A stretch of DNA of 64,000 bases from Candidatus Zambryskibacteria bacterium RIFOXYC1_FULL_39_10 (GTDB taxonomy: Bacteria > Patescibacteriota > Minisyncoccia > Phycocordibacterales > WO2-35-19). Shown piece by piece: positions 34,580 through 44,632 of the stretch. Each line of letters opens with the position of its first letter. Within the stretch, counting starts at the first letter, position 1. Both the position numbers and the translations under genes were made by a program. Under the pieces are notes generated by a model. That model did no database searches and had not been told where the DNA came from. It worked only from the letters and a program-made list of their open reading frames with translations. Location: contig MHWW01000003.1 in the NCBI GenBank assembly GCA_001824275.1, forward strand, positions 19,325 to 83,324. The letters are read 5' to 3'.

Positions 34580-35690
34580 GTTTTTTAATCACTTCAATAA
34601 CTTTTTTTGCTATTTCCATTATGTCGCCCTCTTTAAGGCCAATATATAGAGGCAGAGCAATGGCCGAATCACTTACGGATTCAGAAACTGGAAAATCACC
34701 CCGCTTATACTTAAATATTTTCTTATAAAAGTCAAACAGATGTATTGATGGTAAATAAGGTTTAGTCGCCACTTCAATCTTATATAAATCTTTTATAACC
34801 TCATCCCTTTTTATCTTTTTATTCTTTATAAGCAAAACGTACACAAACCAGGTATGAATGTTGTCTTCGCTCACTTGTGGAATTTGCACCAAATCAGAAT
34901 ATTTACCAAAATATTTATTATAAGTAATACATATTTTTTGTCTTTCTTTTATCATAAAGTCCAACTTTTCAAGTTGGGCAATACCAAGTGCCGCACTCAT
35001 CTCGTCCATCCGATAATTGTATCCCAAATACTTATGATCGAGCCATTGCATATTTGGCGAGCGTCCTTGATTTTTTAAACTGCAGCAAATTTCATAAATT
35101 TTTTTATTGTTTGTTACTATCATTCCCCCTTCTCCTGTTGTCATTTGTTTGTTTGGATAAAAGGCAAAAACAGCTGATTCCCCAAAAGTACCGACGTTTT
35201 TACTATCATATTTAGCCATTATTGATTCGCAAGCATCTTCAATAATTTTTAATTTATACTTTTTGGCAATCTTTAAAACTGAGTCCATGTCTGTCGCTTG
35301 GCCAAAAATATGAACTACTAATATGGCTTTTGTCTTTTTAGTTATTTTCTTTTCTATTTTTGTAACATCAATGTTATAGGTTGTTGGATCTATATCAACA
35401 AAAACTGGTTTGGCTCCCACATATAAGACTGCATTAGACGATGCAATAAATGAAAACGGAGAAGTAATGACTTCGTCACCTTCTTTGATTCCAGCAGCAA
35501 TCATAGCCAAGTGAAGTCCTGCCGTACCGCTAGAAACTGAGCAGGCATATTTGGTGCCTATTTTTTGAGCAAACTTTTCCTCAAATTCCTTGTGTTTTGG
35601 GCCCAAACTTAAATTGCCAGAGTCTAAAACCTCCAAAACTAGTTGTTTTTCTCTCTTATTTATATATGGTTTGGCTATTGGATATTTCAT
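34563..35690 (-). CDS. DegT/DnrJ/EryC1/StrS sugar aminotransferase
   Basis: SSGTAGLH, IEDACE, AFYPNKQMTTGEGG, GYNYRM. Confidence 0.93.
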   Translation of the reverse strand: MKYPIAKPYINKREKQLVLEVLDSGNLSLGPKHKEFEEKFAQKIGTKYACSVSSGTAGLHLAMIAAGIKEGDEVITSPFSFIASSNAVLYVGAKPVFVDIDPTTYNIDVTKIEKKITKKTKAILVVHIFGQATDMDSVLKIAKKYKLKIIEDACESIMAKYDSKNVGTFGESAVFAFYPNKQMTTGEGGMIVTNNKKIYEICCSLKNQGRSPNMQWLDHKYLGYNYRMDEMSAALGIAQLEKLDFMIKERQKICITYNKYFGKYSDLVQIPQVSEDNIHTWFVYVLLIKNKKIKRDEVIKDLYKIEVATKPYLPSIHLFDFYKKIFKYKRGDFPVSESVSDSAIALPLYIGLKEGDIMEIAKKVIEVIKKHDKRI

Positions 35691-35750
35691 AAAAATGTGG
35701 CCTCAGAATAGCAGATTCTGAGGCCATTTGCACGCCTTGTGCATCTCTCA

Positions 35751-36368
35751 TTATTTCTTCCTGGCAACCTTTGCTGGATTGCCGTAAACCGTAATATTGT
35801 CCTCCACCGGCCCAACAACAGCACTTGCCATACCTATTATGGCCCCTTCTCCAATTTTGACATGGTCACGAATTGCGCTGTTTAAGCCGATAAATGTCCC
35901 ATCACCCACTATCACCCCACCACCGGTCACAACTCTGGGAGCTAGATGACAAAAATCCCCTATTTGATTGTCATGCTCAACGGTACAGCCGTTGTTGATA
36001 AACGTACCATTACCGATCGTACTTCTCACATTCACGTAAGAAAGCGCTCCGATCATCACATTATTTCCAAGGATCAAATCTGACTCAACAAAGGCAGAGG
36101 GGTGAATCGCATTAACAAACCTGGCTCCAGCCTCCTTAAGTTTCAAAAACACGTCACGACGAGCGCCATTACCACCGATCGCCACAAAAAAATAATCACC
36201 AGCTTCTTGAAATTTATGGAAATCAGAGACCTTGCCAAGTATCTCTGGGCCCACTTTTACATCATCAAGAAAACCGATAAACTTGTTTTCAAAATTTTGG
36301 TGATCAAAAATGTTTCTGATCACATATCCATTCTCTCCCGCACCAACGATAATTATATTTTTTGTCAT
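35751..36368 (-). CDS. PglD/NeuD-family hexapeptide sugar acetyltransferase
   Basis: IVGAGENG, GFLDD, VAIG, IHPSA, EHD, YGNPA. Confidence 0.9.
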   Translation of the reverse strand: MTKNIIIVGAGENGYVIRNIFDHQNFENKFIGFLDDVKVGPEILGKVSDFHKFQEAGDYFFVAIGGNGARRDVFLKLKEAGARFVNAIHPSAFVESDLILGNNVMIGALSYVNVRSTIGNGTFINNGCTVEHDNQIGDFCHLAPRVVTGGGVIVGDGTFIGLNSAIRDHVKIGEGAIIGMASAVVGPVEDNITVYGNPAKVARKK

Positions 36369-36412
36369 GTTTTTCCTCTTCTCGCCTCAGAATATCCTAT
36401 TTTTATAAATAA

Positions 36413-37576
36413 TCAATAACATATCTGCTTATTTAATATCTTGGGGGAAAGTTCTATTTTTTCTAAAATTTTAGCGATTTTTATTCCTGTCCTTCCATCA
36501 CCCCAAGGATTTTTAATTTTTTTAAGTTTATTTAAATATTTTTTATCATTTAAAGATTTGTGAATAGCTTTATATATTTTATTTCTATCATAATCCGCAT
36601 CCAAAACATTGTGACCTCTCTCTCGGCCAATTTGGCGATTACCAACATTAACTACCGGAGTTTTAAACGAGGATGATTCAATCAGTGCCGCGCTTGAATT
36701 ACCCACCCAGACCGATGCCTCTCTTTCAAGAGCCAAAAACTTTTTGTATTCCAAACTTGGGAAAATTTTAAATAAAGGATTATTTTTTTCTTTTTGTATC
36801 TCGTCAATAATTCTTCTGCCTCCAGCATCAGCATGCGGATAAATAAAAACTGCTGGCATATCAAACTTTTTAACCGCTTCTATTGTTTCTTTCATTTGAT
36901 TACCTGCATTCATTACCTCGTCACTTACTGGATGTTGCAACACTAGAATAAATTTATCTTTTATATTCATTCCCAAATCTGATAGGAGCTCACCTCTGGT
37001 TGGCAATTTTTCATTTAGTATCGTGTCCAAAGCCGGCGCTCCCACTATGTTTATTCGCCAACTATCCTCACCCATCCTTTTTATTCTTGAAGCAGCATCT
37101 TTAGTAGCCGGAAAATGGATGTTTGAGATTTTAGTAATTGCGTGACGTGACACTTCATCTACCGTGCCTGTTTTTTCGCCTCCATGAATATGAGCAATGG
37201 GAATACCTAAATATAGGCAGGCAACCGCAGTCAAAAGCATCTCTGATCTATCCCCCAATACAAGCACTAAATCTGGTTTCTCTTCTTTTAACTTAATCGT
37301 AATTTTTTTAAAGAAATTTGCATTGAACTCAGCTACTCCAGTTTTTTCATCACTTTTAGAACTTGTCTTGATTGTGTGAACTTCTGGAAAATGTTTTTTT
37401 ATATCATTTATGGTTTTACCAAACTGAAACATCAAATGCTCTCCTGCTGCACACAATATTAAATCTAAAGACTTGCTTGCTTTTATTGCTCTTAATACCG
37501 GTAGCATTAAACCAAAATCAGCCCTCGTCCCAGAAACATAAAAAATTTTTTTATTTTTTTGTCTAGATGAAATCAT
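36413..37576 (-). CDS. neuC: Hydrolysing NDP-GlcNAc 2-epimerase (NeuC/LegG)
   Basis: GTRADFG, LGDRSE, HIHGGE, RHAITK, GNSS, NPWGDG. Confidence 0.9.
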   Translation of the reverse strand: MISSRQKNKKIFYVSGTRADFGLMLPVLRAIKASKSLDLILCAAGEHLMFQFGKTINDIKKHFPEVHTIKTSSKSDEKTGVAEFNANFFKKITIKLKEEKPDLVLVLGDRSEMLLTAVACLYLGIPIAHIHGGEKTGTVDEVSRHAITKISNIHFPATKDAASRIKRMGEDSWRINIVGAPALDTILNEKLPTRGELLSDLGMNIKDKFILVLQHPVSDEVMNAGNQMKETIEAVKKFDMPAVFIYPHADAGGRRIIDEIQKEKNNPLFKIFPSLEYKKFLALEREASVWVGNSSAALIESSSFKTPVVNVGNRQIGRERGHNVLDADYDRNKIYKAIHKSLNDKKYLNKLKKIKNPWGDGRTGIKIAKILEKIELSPKILNKQICY

Positions 37577-38627
37577 TTTTTTTAATTAAATTATCGGCCT
37601 TTATAGCCATCTTTGAAATCTTACCTAAAATTTTAAAATAATATTTGGGAGGCAAACCAGTGCCGGGACGTTTGATGTTAATATTTTCTTTAGTAAACTT
37701 TTCACCCTTTTTGATACCACGGATTGCAACTAAACTTTTTCTAACTATATTTATATTTTTTATTTCTCCTTTAGTTGGCTTTTTTTCTTTAGAACCCAAA
37801 ATTATTTCTGCTTGACGAATTTCATCTACCATTTTTTTGAAAACTTCCGGATTAGCCGATGCTTTATGATCTGGGCCTTTCATTTTATTGTCCAGAGTAA
37901 AATGTTTTTCAATTATTTGAGCCCCTAGTGCCACCGCCATGACCGGCACTTGAGTACCAATTGTGTGATCAGAATATCCGATCATCACATCCAAATCCTT
38001 CATCATTGTCTGCATGGCCCTTAAATTGACCTTTTCAGCTGCACATGGGTAATTAGTAGTGCAATGAAGCACTATTATTTTATTGTTTCCGACAGATTTT
38101 ATTATATTTATTGCTTTTCTAATCTCATCTATCGTAGCCATTCCTGTCCCAAGAATCATAGGTTTTTTAAATTTAGCGGCATATTTTAATAGTGGTAAGT
38201 TGGTCAAGTCTCCAGAGCCAAATTTAAATGCTGGCACTCCAATTTTTTGAAGCAAATCAACTGATTCAAAACCACCATGAGGAGTAGAAAGAAAAATTAT
38301 ATTTTTCTCCTTGCATCGTTTAATTATTTTAGGATACCAATCCTCTTTAAACTCCAGTTTTTTAAGCATCTCAATTTGACTTTCTTTTTTACCAACATTT
38401 CCTTTTTGATAATCAGCCATTCTGACATTTTTAGTTACTACTTGATTTGCTTTAAATGTCTGAAATTTTATCGCATCTGCTCCAACCTCCTTTGCCTTAT
38501 CAACCAATTTTAAAGCTAAATCAAGAGAGCCATTATGATTGACACCCGCCTCAGCAATAATAAATGTTGAGTGTCCTTCCCCCACACTTTTGTTTCCTAT
38601 TGCTATTTTTAATAATCTTTTATTCAT
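37563..38627 (-). CDS. neuB: Nonulosonic acid synthase (NeuB/LegI)
   Basis: IAEAGVNHNG, KFQTF, LHCTTNYP, GYSDHT, IEKHFTLD, SAF domain. Confidence 0.92.
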   Translation of the reverse strand: MNKRLLKIAIGNKSVGEGHSTFIIAEAGVNHNGSLDLALKLVDKAKEVGADAIKFQTFKANQVVTKNVRMADYQKGNVGKKESQIEMLKKLEFKEDWYPKIIKRCKEKNIIFLSTPHGGFESVDLLQKIGVPAFKFGSGDLTNLPLLKYAAKFKKPMILGTGMATIDEIRKAINIIKSVGNNKIIVLHCTTNYPCAAEKVNLRAMQTMMKDLDVMIGYSDHTIGTQVPVMAVALGAQIIEKHFTLDNKMKGPDHKASANPEVFKKMVDEIRQAEIILGSKEKKPTKGEIKNINIVRKSLVAIRGIKKGEKFTKENINIKRPGTGLPPKYYFKILGKISKMAIKADNLIKKNDFI

Positions 38628-39670
38628 TTTAATAAAACAAATTTTTTTGTTTTTGCGCTTTCTTCTAGTGCAAAAAGAACTTTAAGATGCTTAAGACTTT
38701 CTTTAAAAGAAAAGGGATACTTTGATTTCTTTTGAATCGCATTCAAAAAATGCCCTATCTCTTCTTCATACATATCTTCAGTGGTTATATAGTTCTTTTC
38801 GCTTTTTCCTTTTTTTAAATCTATTACTCGCCAATTGTGGCCAGAATTATTGTCTATCTTTTTTTGTTTAAATATTTTTATCTTATTTTCTTGCCATTCC
38901 CATTCCAAAACTCCTTCTGATCCAATAACTCTCAAAGTTCTGAAAGGTTTTTTTGAAATTAAATCAATAACTATATTGCCAGATATTTTGTTTTTGAACC
39001 CAAGCATTGCTGAATATCTGTCATCAGCCTTCATATCCAAGTCAGAAAGTTTCTCGGAAAATCCAGCAATTTTTGATACATCTCCTAGACCCAAAGCAAA
39101 ATCAAGCCAGACCAACTCAAAACCAAACATTTCTCGACAAGCTCCAGTATTTTTCTTGGCAAAATATACATCTCTAAAATCCTCCCAAGGATGCCAGCTT
39201 GGCAAGTACTGACCGAGGTGGTATTGGAATGATAGAATTTTACCTATTGCTTTTTTATCTAGTATTTTTTTAATTTCTTTAACTGCGGGGTGAAATCTTA
39301 ATGTGCACGAAGGCGCGGCCACTAAATTTTCATCTTTCAAATTTAGAATCCTATCATACCCCTTATCCGTCACCGGATGTTCCACAAAAAAATGTTTTCT
39401 GTTTTTAATAGCGTTAAGGAAATAAATATAATGCTTGTCAGCTGGGGTTGATATAATATAGGCATTCGGATTCGCCTTGAGTGCTGTGTTAAAACTTTTA
39501 AAGGTTACGATGCCATGTTTTGTTTCCGATTCCTTTCGTCTATCTTCTCTTGGGTCAAACCCAAATATTTTTTCTGCCTTAATACCATGGTAAAGAAGAT
39601 TCCTTATTCTCCTTTTACCCATTGACCCCAAACCTATTACCAAAAATTTAAAATCTTTTAAGTCTTTCAT
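38624..39670 (-). CDS. Gfo/Idh/MocA oxidoreductase
   Basis: VIGLGSMG, FVEHP, LPSWHPWEDF. Confidence 0.85.
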   Translation of the reverse strand: MKDLKDFKFLVIGLGSMGKRRIRNLLYHGIKAEKIFGFDPREDRRKESETKHGIVTFKSFNTALKANPNAYIISTPADKHYIYFLNAIKNRKHFFVEHPVTDKGYDRILNLKDENLVAAPSCTLRFHPAVKEIKKILDKKAIGKILSFQYHLGQYLPSWHPWEDFRDVYFAKKNTGACREMFGFELVWLDFALGLGDVSKIAGFSEKLSDLDMKADDRYSAMLGFKNKISGNIVIDLISKKPFRTLRVIGSEGVLEWEWQENKIKIFKQKKIDNNSGHNWRVIDLKKGKSEKNYITTEDMYEEEIGHFLNAIQKKSKYPFSFKESLKHLKVLFALEESAKTKKFVLLK

Positions 39671-40364
39671 CTATTTTATCTTTATGTTTATGTAAAAATT
39701 CTGCCAGCACCCAATCTTCCGGATGATCTAAATCGACCGATCGCCATTTAGGGGTGATGACTCCGACGGTATGTTCATCAACAAATTTTTTAGTCTGAAG
39801 AAATACATTTGTTTTAATCATATATACCATGCATCCATTTAATATATAACCTTTCTGCATTTCTGTGGTATTGGTTGTTTTGTCAGTTTCTTTGTTCACC
39901 AAAATTAACTGGCTATTTTTATTGAGCTGATAAAATCGAGGATGTGTTTCGGTAATTGTGCATACAGATTTTATTTTTGGTTTTGATATTAGTTCATAAC
40001 AAGCGTTTATATCTTCTAACTCTCGCAAAGGAGAAGTGGTTTGTAAAAGAGTTATAATGTGGGGCTGATACTTATGTTCTTCCTTTAATTTTCTTAATAA
40101 AAATTCTATAACATCCCCTATTTTTGCCTGACTTGTTGCTAAATGCTCTGGTCTTAAAAAAGGAACTTCCGCGCCATATCTAATCGCCACTTTTGCAATT
40201 TCTAGACTATCAGTATCAACTATAATTTTATCAAAAATCCCACTTTGGATAGCTTGAATTATGGGGTAGTAAATTAATGGTTTTCCATTAAATATCTTTA
40301 TGTTTTTATTAGGAATTCTTTGAGATCCTCCTCTTGCAGGGATAATGGCTAAAGACTTTTTCAT
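39648..40364 (-). CDS. neuA: Second CMP-nonulosonic acid synthetase
   Basis: IIPARGGSQRIPNKN, VPFLRP, QTTSPLR, VDLDHPEDW. Confidence 0.85.
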   Translation of the reverse strand: MKKSLAIIPARGGSQRIPNKNIKIFNGKPLIYYPIIQAIQSGIFDKIIVDTDSLEIAKVAIRYGAEVPFLRPEHLATSQAKIGDVIEFLLRKLKEEHKYQPHIITLLQTTSPLRELEDINACYELISKPKIKSVCTITETHPRFYQLNKNSQLILVNKETDKTTNTTEMQKGYILNGCMVYMIKTNVFLQTKKFVDEHTVGVITPKWRSVDLDHPEDWVLAEFLHKHKDKIDERLKRF

Positions 40365-40405
40365 AGCCAATTTCTAACATAAAATATAGATTTTTGCAAT
40401 GAATT

Positions 40406-41218
40406 TTAGGAAGAATAATTATACGGAATCCAACCATCTTTAGTTTTTTGAATAGACCAAATAGAGTGCCTCATACCTACTTTGTTATTCCACACATCTT
40501 TAACGGCTAGAGTTACACCAGCATGATATGTTCTACCTTCTTTATCTGTTACGAAGTCTTTTTCTCTGTTTTCTTTAGCCAAATTTTCATCAATTTGGTC
40601 TGAGAAGTAATCTAGATCATCTCCGCACATTATTCCCCCTATTTCCAAAATATTAAAATAATTTATAAAATCTTTTTTAGCTTGAGTATATTTGTGGTCT
40701 CCATCTATATAAATGAAATCAAATTGAGTATCTTTTTCTTTCTCAGCGAATTCATCACTAGTCATTTGTATAGGAATTATGTAATTCTCTACCCCTGAAT
40801 ATTTTACATTGTGTTTAAATAAATTAAATATGGCGGATGCACTTACTTTTCCTTTAGTTATCTTTATATTCTCATCAGTACCTCGCCAAACATCAATACA
40901 ATAAAGCATTCCACCTTTACCAGATTTTTTTATAGTTTCAGCTATTGTTACAGCCGAACACCCTGCCCAAGAACCAATCTCTAAACATTTAATATTTTCT
41001 TTTAAATTCTGAACCTGTTTTACTAATCTTCTCAATATCTCTCTCTCTTTCTTGCTTTGTATATTTGCTCCATATTTTTTACCAAAATATGGTTTTTTTA
41101 GGACCAGGCATATAAAATAATGTATGTTTGTAAATATTATTTCTATCTTAAAATGCCTAATCTTATTTAAGATAAAATATAATGGTTTTATTTTTTTTAT
41201 TATATTTTTCATATTCAC
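40406..41218 (-). CDS. SAM-dependent methyltransferase (Methyltransf_24-like)
   Basis: LEIGSWAG, FDFIYIDGDHKY, GDD. Confidence 0.85.
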   Translation of the reverse strand: MNMKNIIKKIKPLYFILNKIRHFKIEIIFTNIHYFICLVLKKPYFGKKYGANIQSKKEREILRRLVKQVQNLKENIKCLEIGSWAGCSAVTIAETIKKSGKGGMLYCIDVWRGTDENIKITKGKVSASAIFNLFKHNVKYSGVENYIIPIQMTSDEFAEKEKDTQFDFIYIDGDHKYTQAKKDFINYFNILEIGGIMCGDDLDYFSDQIDENLAKENREKDFVTDKEGRTYHAGVTLAVKDVWNNKVGMRHSIWSIQKTKDGWIPYNYSS

Positions 41219-41233
41219 CCACTATCTTACAAA

Positions 41234-42739
41234 TCAAAAATGATTTTTTAGATATTTAACAAGATTGTCAGCAATTATTTTAATATCAGGATTTTGTTTG
41301 ATTTTTTCAACATCATGTTCAAAAATTAGTTTAGTAATATCAATCTTAAAAGAATCTTCAAAAAGCGCAGACACAAAATCAACAAGTTCGGTATCATCGG
41401 GATTGTGATTTTCCAAAGCATTTTTTACTATCCCTGGGAGATTTTCTGGAGTTCTACACTTATTTACCATAGGCATTATATTGTAGGTAACCGAACCGAA
41501 CGTAATAACTGGTTTTTTGAAAAACAGAGATTCAAAACCAACGGTACCGGTAATAGTCACAACCAGTTTAGCGTTTTTAATAAGCTCCATCGAATCAACT
41601 TTTGTATCGATAAGTTTTATGTTTGGAAACTTTCTTATTTCTTTATAAAACTTAGAACTACGATAGCCTGGCATTTGCGGGTGGTCTTTGACATAGAGCT
41701 TCATAGTGAGAGGCAAAGATTGGGCGATCATTTTGGCCACCCATACTTGGTCTGCAAAATATGGCGCCTGCATTAGTAGGGTCGCTTCCGGTTCGGAAGT
41801 CAGAGCAAAAAAAGTGTAATCTTCCTTATAATCAGGGGCATCAAATTTGGGTATTCTGTGAGAATTAAACCAGAACAATAAATTATGTTTTACAAAGTCT
41901 AAAGGAGAATAACCGTAAACCTTCGGGAAAGAATTGTCGAAAGAATCAAGGCATTTTCTAACCAAATTTTTGGAAAACAAAATAAACTTCTTCATTCCAC
42001 TTTGTTTGGACTTATTCCAGACATCGGATAGTACATAATCTGGTTTAGTTGGTTTGTTTCTGAATTTTTCAATAAATTCTATAGCCTCTTTCTTTTTTGA
42101 ACTTATATGTCTGCCAGAGCGAATATCTTCAAATATCTTTTCGACATTGCTAAAAATCCCAAACAGATTGTCTGAAAAACCTGAAAGGTCTGAAAACCTT
42201 GATATACTCAAGACCAATGTTGGAATTCCTTTCTTTTTGGCCATATGATAAAGAATATTTACCCCCATAGCTCCAGCATCACAAAGAAATATAAAATCAG
42301 GCTTCTCCTCATCAAGCATTTTTTCTATTTCTCTTATCCTGATCTGAAATTGCTGTTTTATCTGATAATGGTTTAAAATCGGATTAAAATCGTTATAAAA
42401 CTGCCTCGGCCAATTAACTGATGTCTGTCTATCACTTGTAAATTCCTGCCACCAATAGGGATGGCCATATTCTTTTTCTTTTTGATTTAAATATTCTTCA
42501 TCTACCACCTCATTTTTAGCTTCTATAAATAAAAATTCATCTATTAGAAGATGCTCATAGTTTATATCTTTTTGAGTTTTGTTTATTTCATATGCTCCTT
42601 TACCATACCCATAAGCACACCATTCATCCACCCCATAGCGTTCTTTTAAATCAAGCGCTAATGCATGTTGCCACCTTACATAAGAACGATTTAAAAATAT
42701 GCAACCTTTAAGCTTTTTTTTATCTTTTGAATTTGTCAT
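41234..42739 (-). CDS. Capsule polysaccharide biosynthesis protein (KpsS-like GT-B; candidate nonulosonate transferase)
   Basis: SEPEA, LYVKDHP, TITGTVGFE, KPVITFG. Confidence 0.7.
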   Translation of the reverse strand: MTNSKDKKKLKGCIFLNRSYVRWQHALALDLKERYGVDEWCAYGYGKGAYEINKTQKDINYEHLLIDEFLFIEAKNEVVDEEYLNQKEKEYGHPYWWQEFTSDRQTSVNWPRQFYNDFNPILNHYQIKQQFQIRIREIEKMLDEEKPDFIFLCDAGAMGVNILYHMAKKKGIPTLVLSISRFSDLSGFSDNLFGIFSNVEKIFEDIRSGRHISSKKKEAIEFIEKFRNKPTKPDYVLSDVWNKSKQSGMKKFILFSKNLVRKCLDSFDNSFPKVYGYSPLDFVKHNLLFWFNSHRIPKFDAPDYKEDYTFFALTSEPEATLLMQAPYFADQVWVAKMIAQSLPLTMKLYVKDHPQMPGYRSSKFYKEIRKFPNIKLIDTKVDSMELIKNAKLVVTITGTVGFESLFFKKPVITFGSVTYNIMPMVNKCRTPENLPGIVKNALENHNPDDTELVDFVSALFEDSFKIDITKLIFEHDVEKIKQNPDIKIIADNLVKYLKNHF

Positions 42740-43650
42740 TAATTATTTCTTCTTAAGTTTACAAACGTTCTATAAAAATATGGTCCTAAAAGTGAAAAAC
42801 AAAGATTCACATAACTTCTCCAATTCAGAGGATTAACTAAGATTGATTTTAGAAAAAATTTTATACCTTTTTTCTTTGCACCAGCAATATAACATATGCG
42901 CCCCATTGCAAGCAAACGATTACTAAATTGTTTTGGATGAATTTTATATAAATCAAAATGCTTTAATAAACCATATTCATAATCACGAATTTTTATGTCG
43001 TTTTTGGTCTTACTCGTCATAGTTAATGGATGACGATAAAAATTATAAAGAGGCTCATAAATAAAACTGAAGCTAAAATTTTTGGAAATTCTAACCCACA
43101 TATCCCAATCATCACCAAATCTAAAATTTTCATCAAAAAAACCAACATAAAAAAATACTTCTTTTTTAACCATTACTCCGCTGGAACAAAATATATAATT
43201 CCTTTCTAAGAGAGCCAAAATATGATTAGAGACATTAGGTATTTTGTATTCTTTTCTGGAACCATCAATTTCAGAAACAATCATCGCCTCTGAGACGACC
43301 AAACCCAAATTTTTATTGTCTGTTTTTTCAAAAACGGACATCTGCTTTTCAAGTTTTTTCGGGGCCCACTCATCGTCATGGTCAAGAAAGGCAATATATT
43401 CTCCCATAGCATTTAAAATACCAACATTTTTGGGTTTTGCCGGCGCTCCGGAGTTATTTTGGAAAAAATATTTTATTCTGGAATCTTTCTTTTGAAAAGA
43501 TAGGACCACTTCCTTAGTTTTATCTGTTGAGCCATCATCGACAATAATTAACTCCCAATCCTTAAACGTCTGGTTACAAACACTTAAAATCGTTCTTTCT
43601 ATAAGGTTGCCACAATTATAGGCAGGAATAATAACTGAAACTTTTGGCAT
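42739..43650 (-). CDS. GT2 glycosyltransferase
   Basis: VSVIIPAYN, IVDDGSTD, FLDHDD. Confidence 0.92.
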   Translation of the reverse strand: MPKVSVIIPAYNCGNLIERTILSVCNQTFKDWELIIVDDGSTDKTKEVVLSFQKKDSRIKYFFQNNSGAPAKPKNVGILNAMGEYIAFLDHDDEWAPKKLEKQMSVFEKTDNKNLGLVVSEAMIVSEIDGSRKEYKIPNVSNHILALLERNYIFCSSGVMVKKEVFFYVGFFDENFRFGDDWDMWVRISKNFSFSFIYEPLYNFYRHPLTMTSKTKNDIKIRDYEYGLLKHFDLYKIHPKQFSNRLLAMGRICYIAGAKKKGIKFFLKSILVNPLNWRSYVNLCFSLLGPYFYRTFVNLRRNN

Positions 43651-43654
43651 AATT

Positions 43655-44629
43655 TTATTTTCTAGCGATCATATACAAGCCTTGACCTTTTTTACCTAAA
43701 ATAAATAAAATAGTAGCAATTGGTAAAAGAATAAGATGTAGTATTTTATCTTTAAGCGAGCCCAGTTTGGCTACAGTATCCTTATATTCTGTTTTTTTGT
43801 TCTGATTAAACTTTTCTTTATCTTTATTTGTAAAATATTTTCTTACAAATACACCTAACCCAACTCTAAATTTAGGAATCAAATAATTTACAGGTATCTC
43901 TTCTTTTATTTTTATTGACTTAAAATTTTCCATTTGAACAATATTTTTTAAAGACTTTTTTGTCCAACGACTCAAATGATGATAAGGAAAATCCCAAAAT
44001 TCATCTCTTGGACCAATTCTCGAGTTGTTTGGAGTGCTGAGACAAATAAATCCGCCTGACTTCAAGGCACCATAAATAGCCTTCAAAAAATCGCGCGGTT
44101 TATCGACATGTTCAATTATTTCAAAACCAGTGATAACGTCGAATTCCCCTTTGTGTCTATTTAAAAAATCAACCACATCATCTTCATAAGTTTCTTTTAG
44201 CCCAAAGCTTTGAGCAACTTTAATTTGTTCACCATCAAAATCAACACCATTGACATCATAACCAAATTTTTGAGCTTCAATTAAAAAACCACCAGTTCCA
44301 CAGCCCACATCTAATAATTTTAGTCCCTTGGGATTTTGATGGGGTGGGTTTCTAAAAAAATGTTTTGTTATACCTCTATTTTCAGCTAGCCAAAAAAAAT
44401 ACTCCTTATCAGGAAAATCTCGATGCATTAAATTTTGCTGACAATTTTTGTACCATTCTGATCCAGGATTTTTAAATGGATACCAAAACTTAACCAAACA
44501 TAATGGGCATTCAAACAAAGAAAATTCTTCATTTTCCAAATTATATTTTTCAAGATACTTGAATTTTTGATCTTTATATATCTTACCAAGACACACTGGG
44601 CATTGGTTTAAATTAGAGATATTACTCAT
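43655..44629 (-). CDS. Class I SAM methyltransferase with N-terminal Zn knuckle
   Basis: CPVC...CPLC, LLDVGCGTG, FEIIEHV. Confidence 0.88.
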   Translation of the reverse strand: MSNISNLNQCPVCLGKIYKDQKFKYLEKYNLENEEFSLFECPLCLVKFWYPFKNPGSEWYKNCQQNLMHRDFPDKEYFFWLAENRGITKHFFRNPPHQNPKGLKLLDVGCGTGGFLIEAQKFGYDVNGVDFDGEQIKVAQSFGLKETYEDDVVDFLNRHKGEFDVITGFEIIEHVDKPRDFLKAIYGALKSGGFICLSTPNNSRIGPRDEFWDFPYHHLSRWTKKSLKNIVQMENFKSIKIKEEIPVNYLIPKFRVGLGVFVRKYFTNKDKEKFNQNKKTEYKDTVAKLGSLKDKILHLILLPIATILFILGKKGQGLYMIARK

Positions 44630-44632
44630 AAT

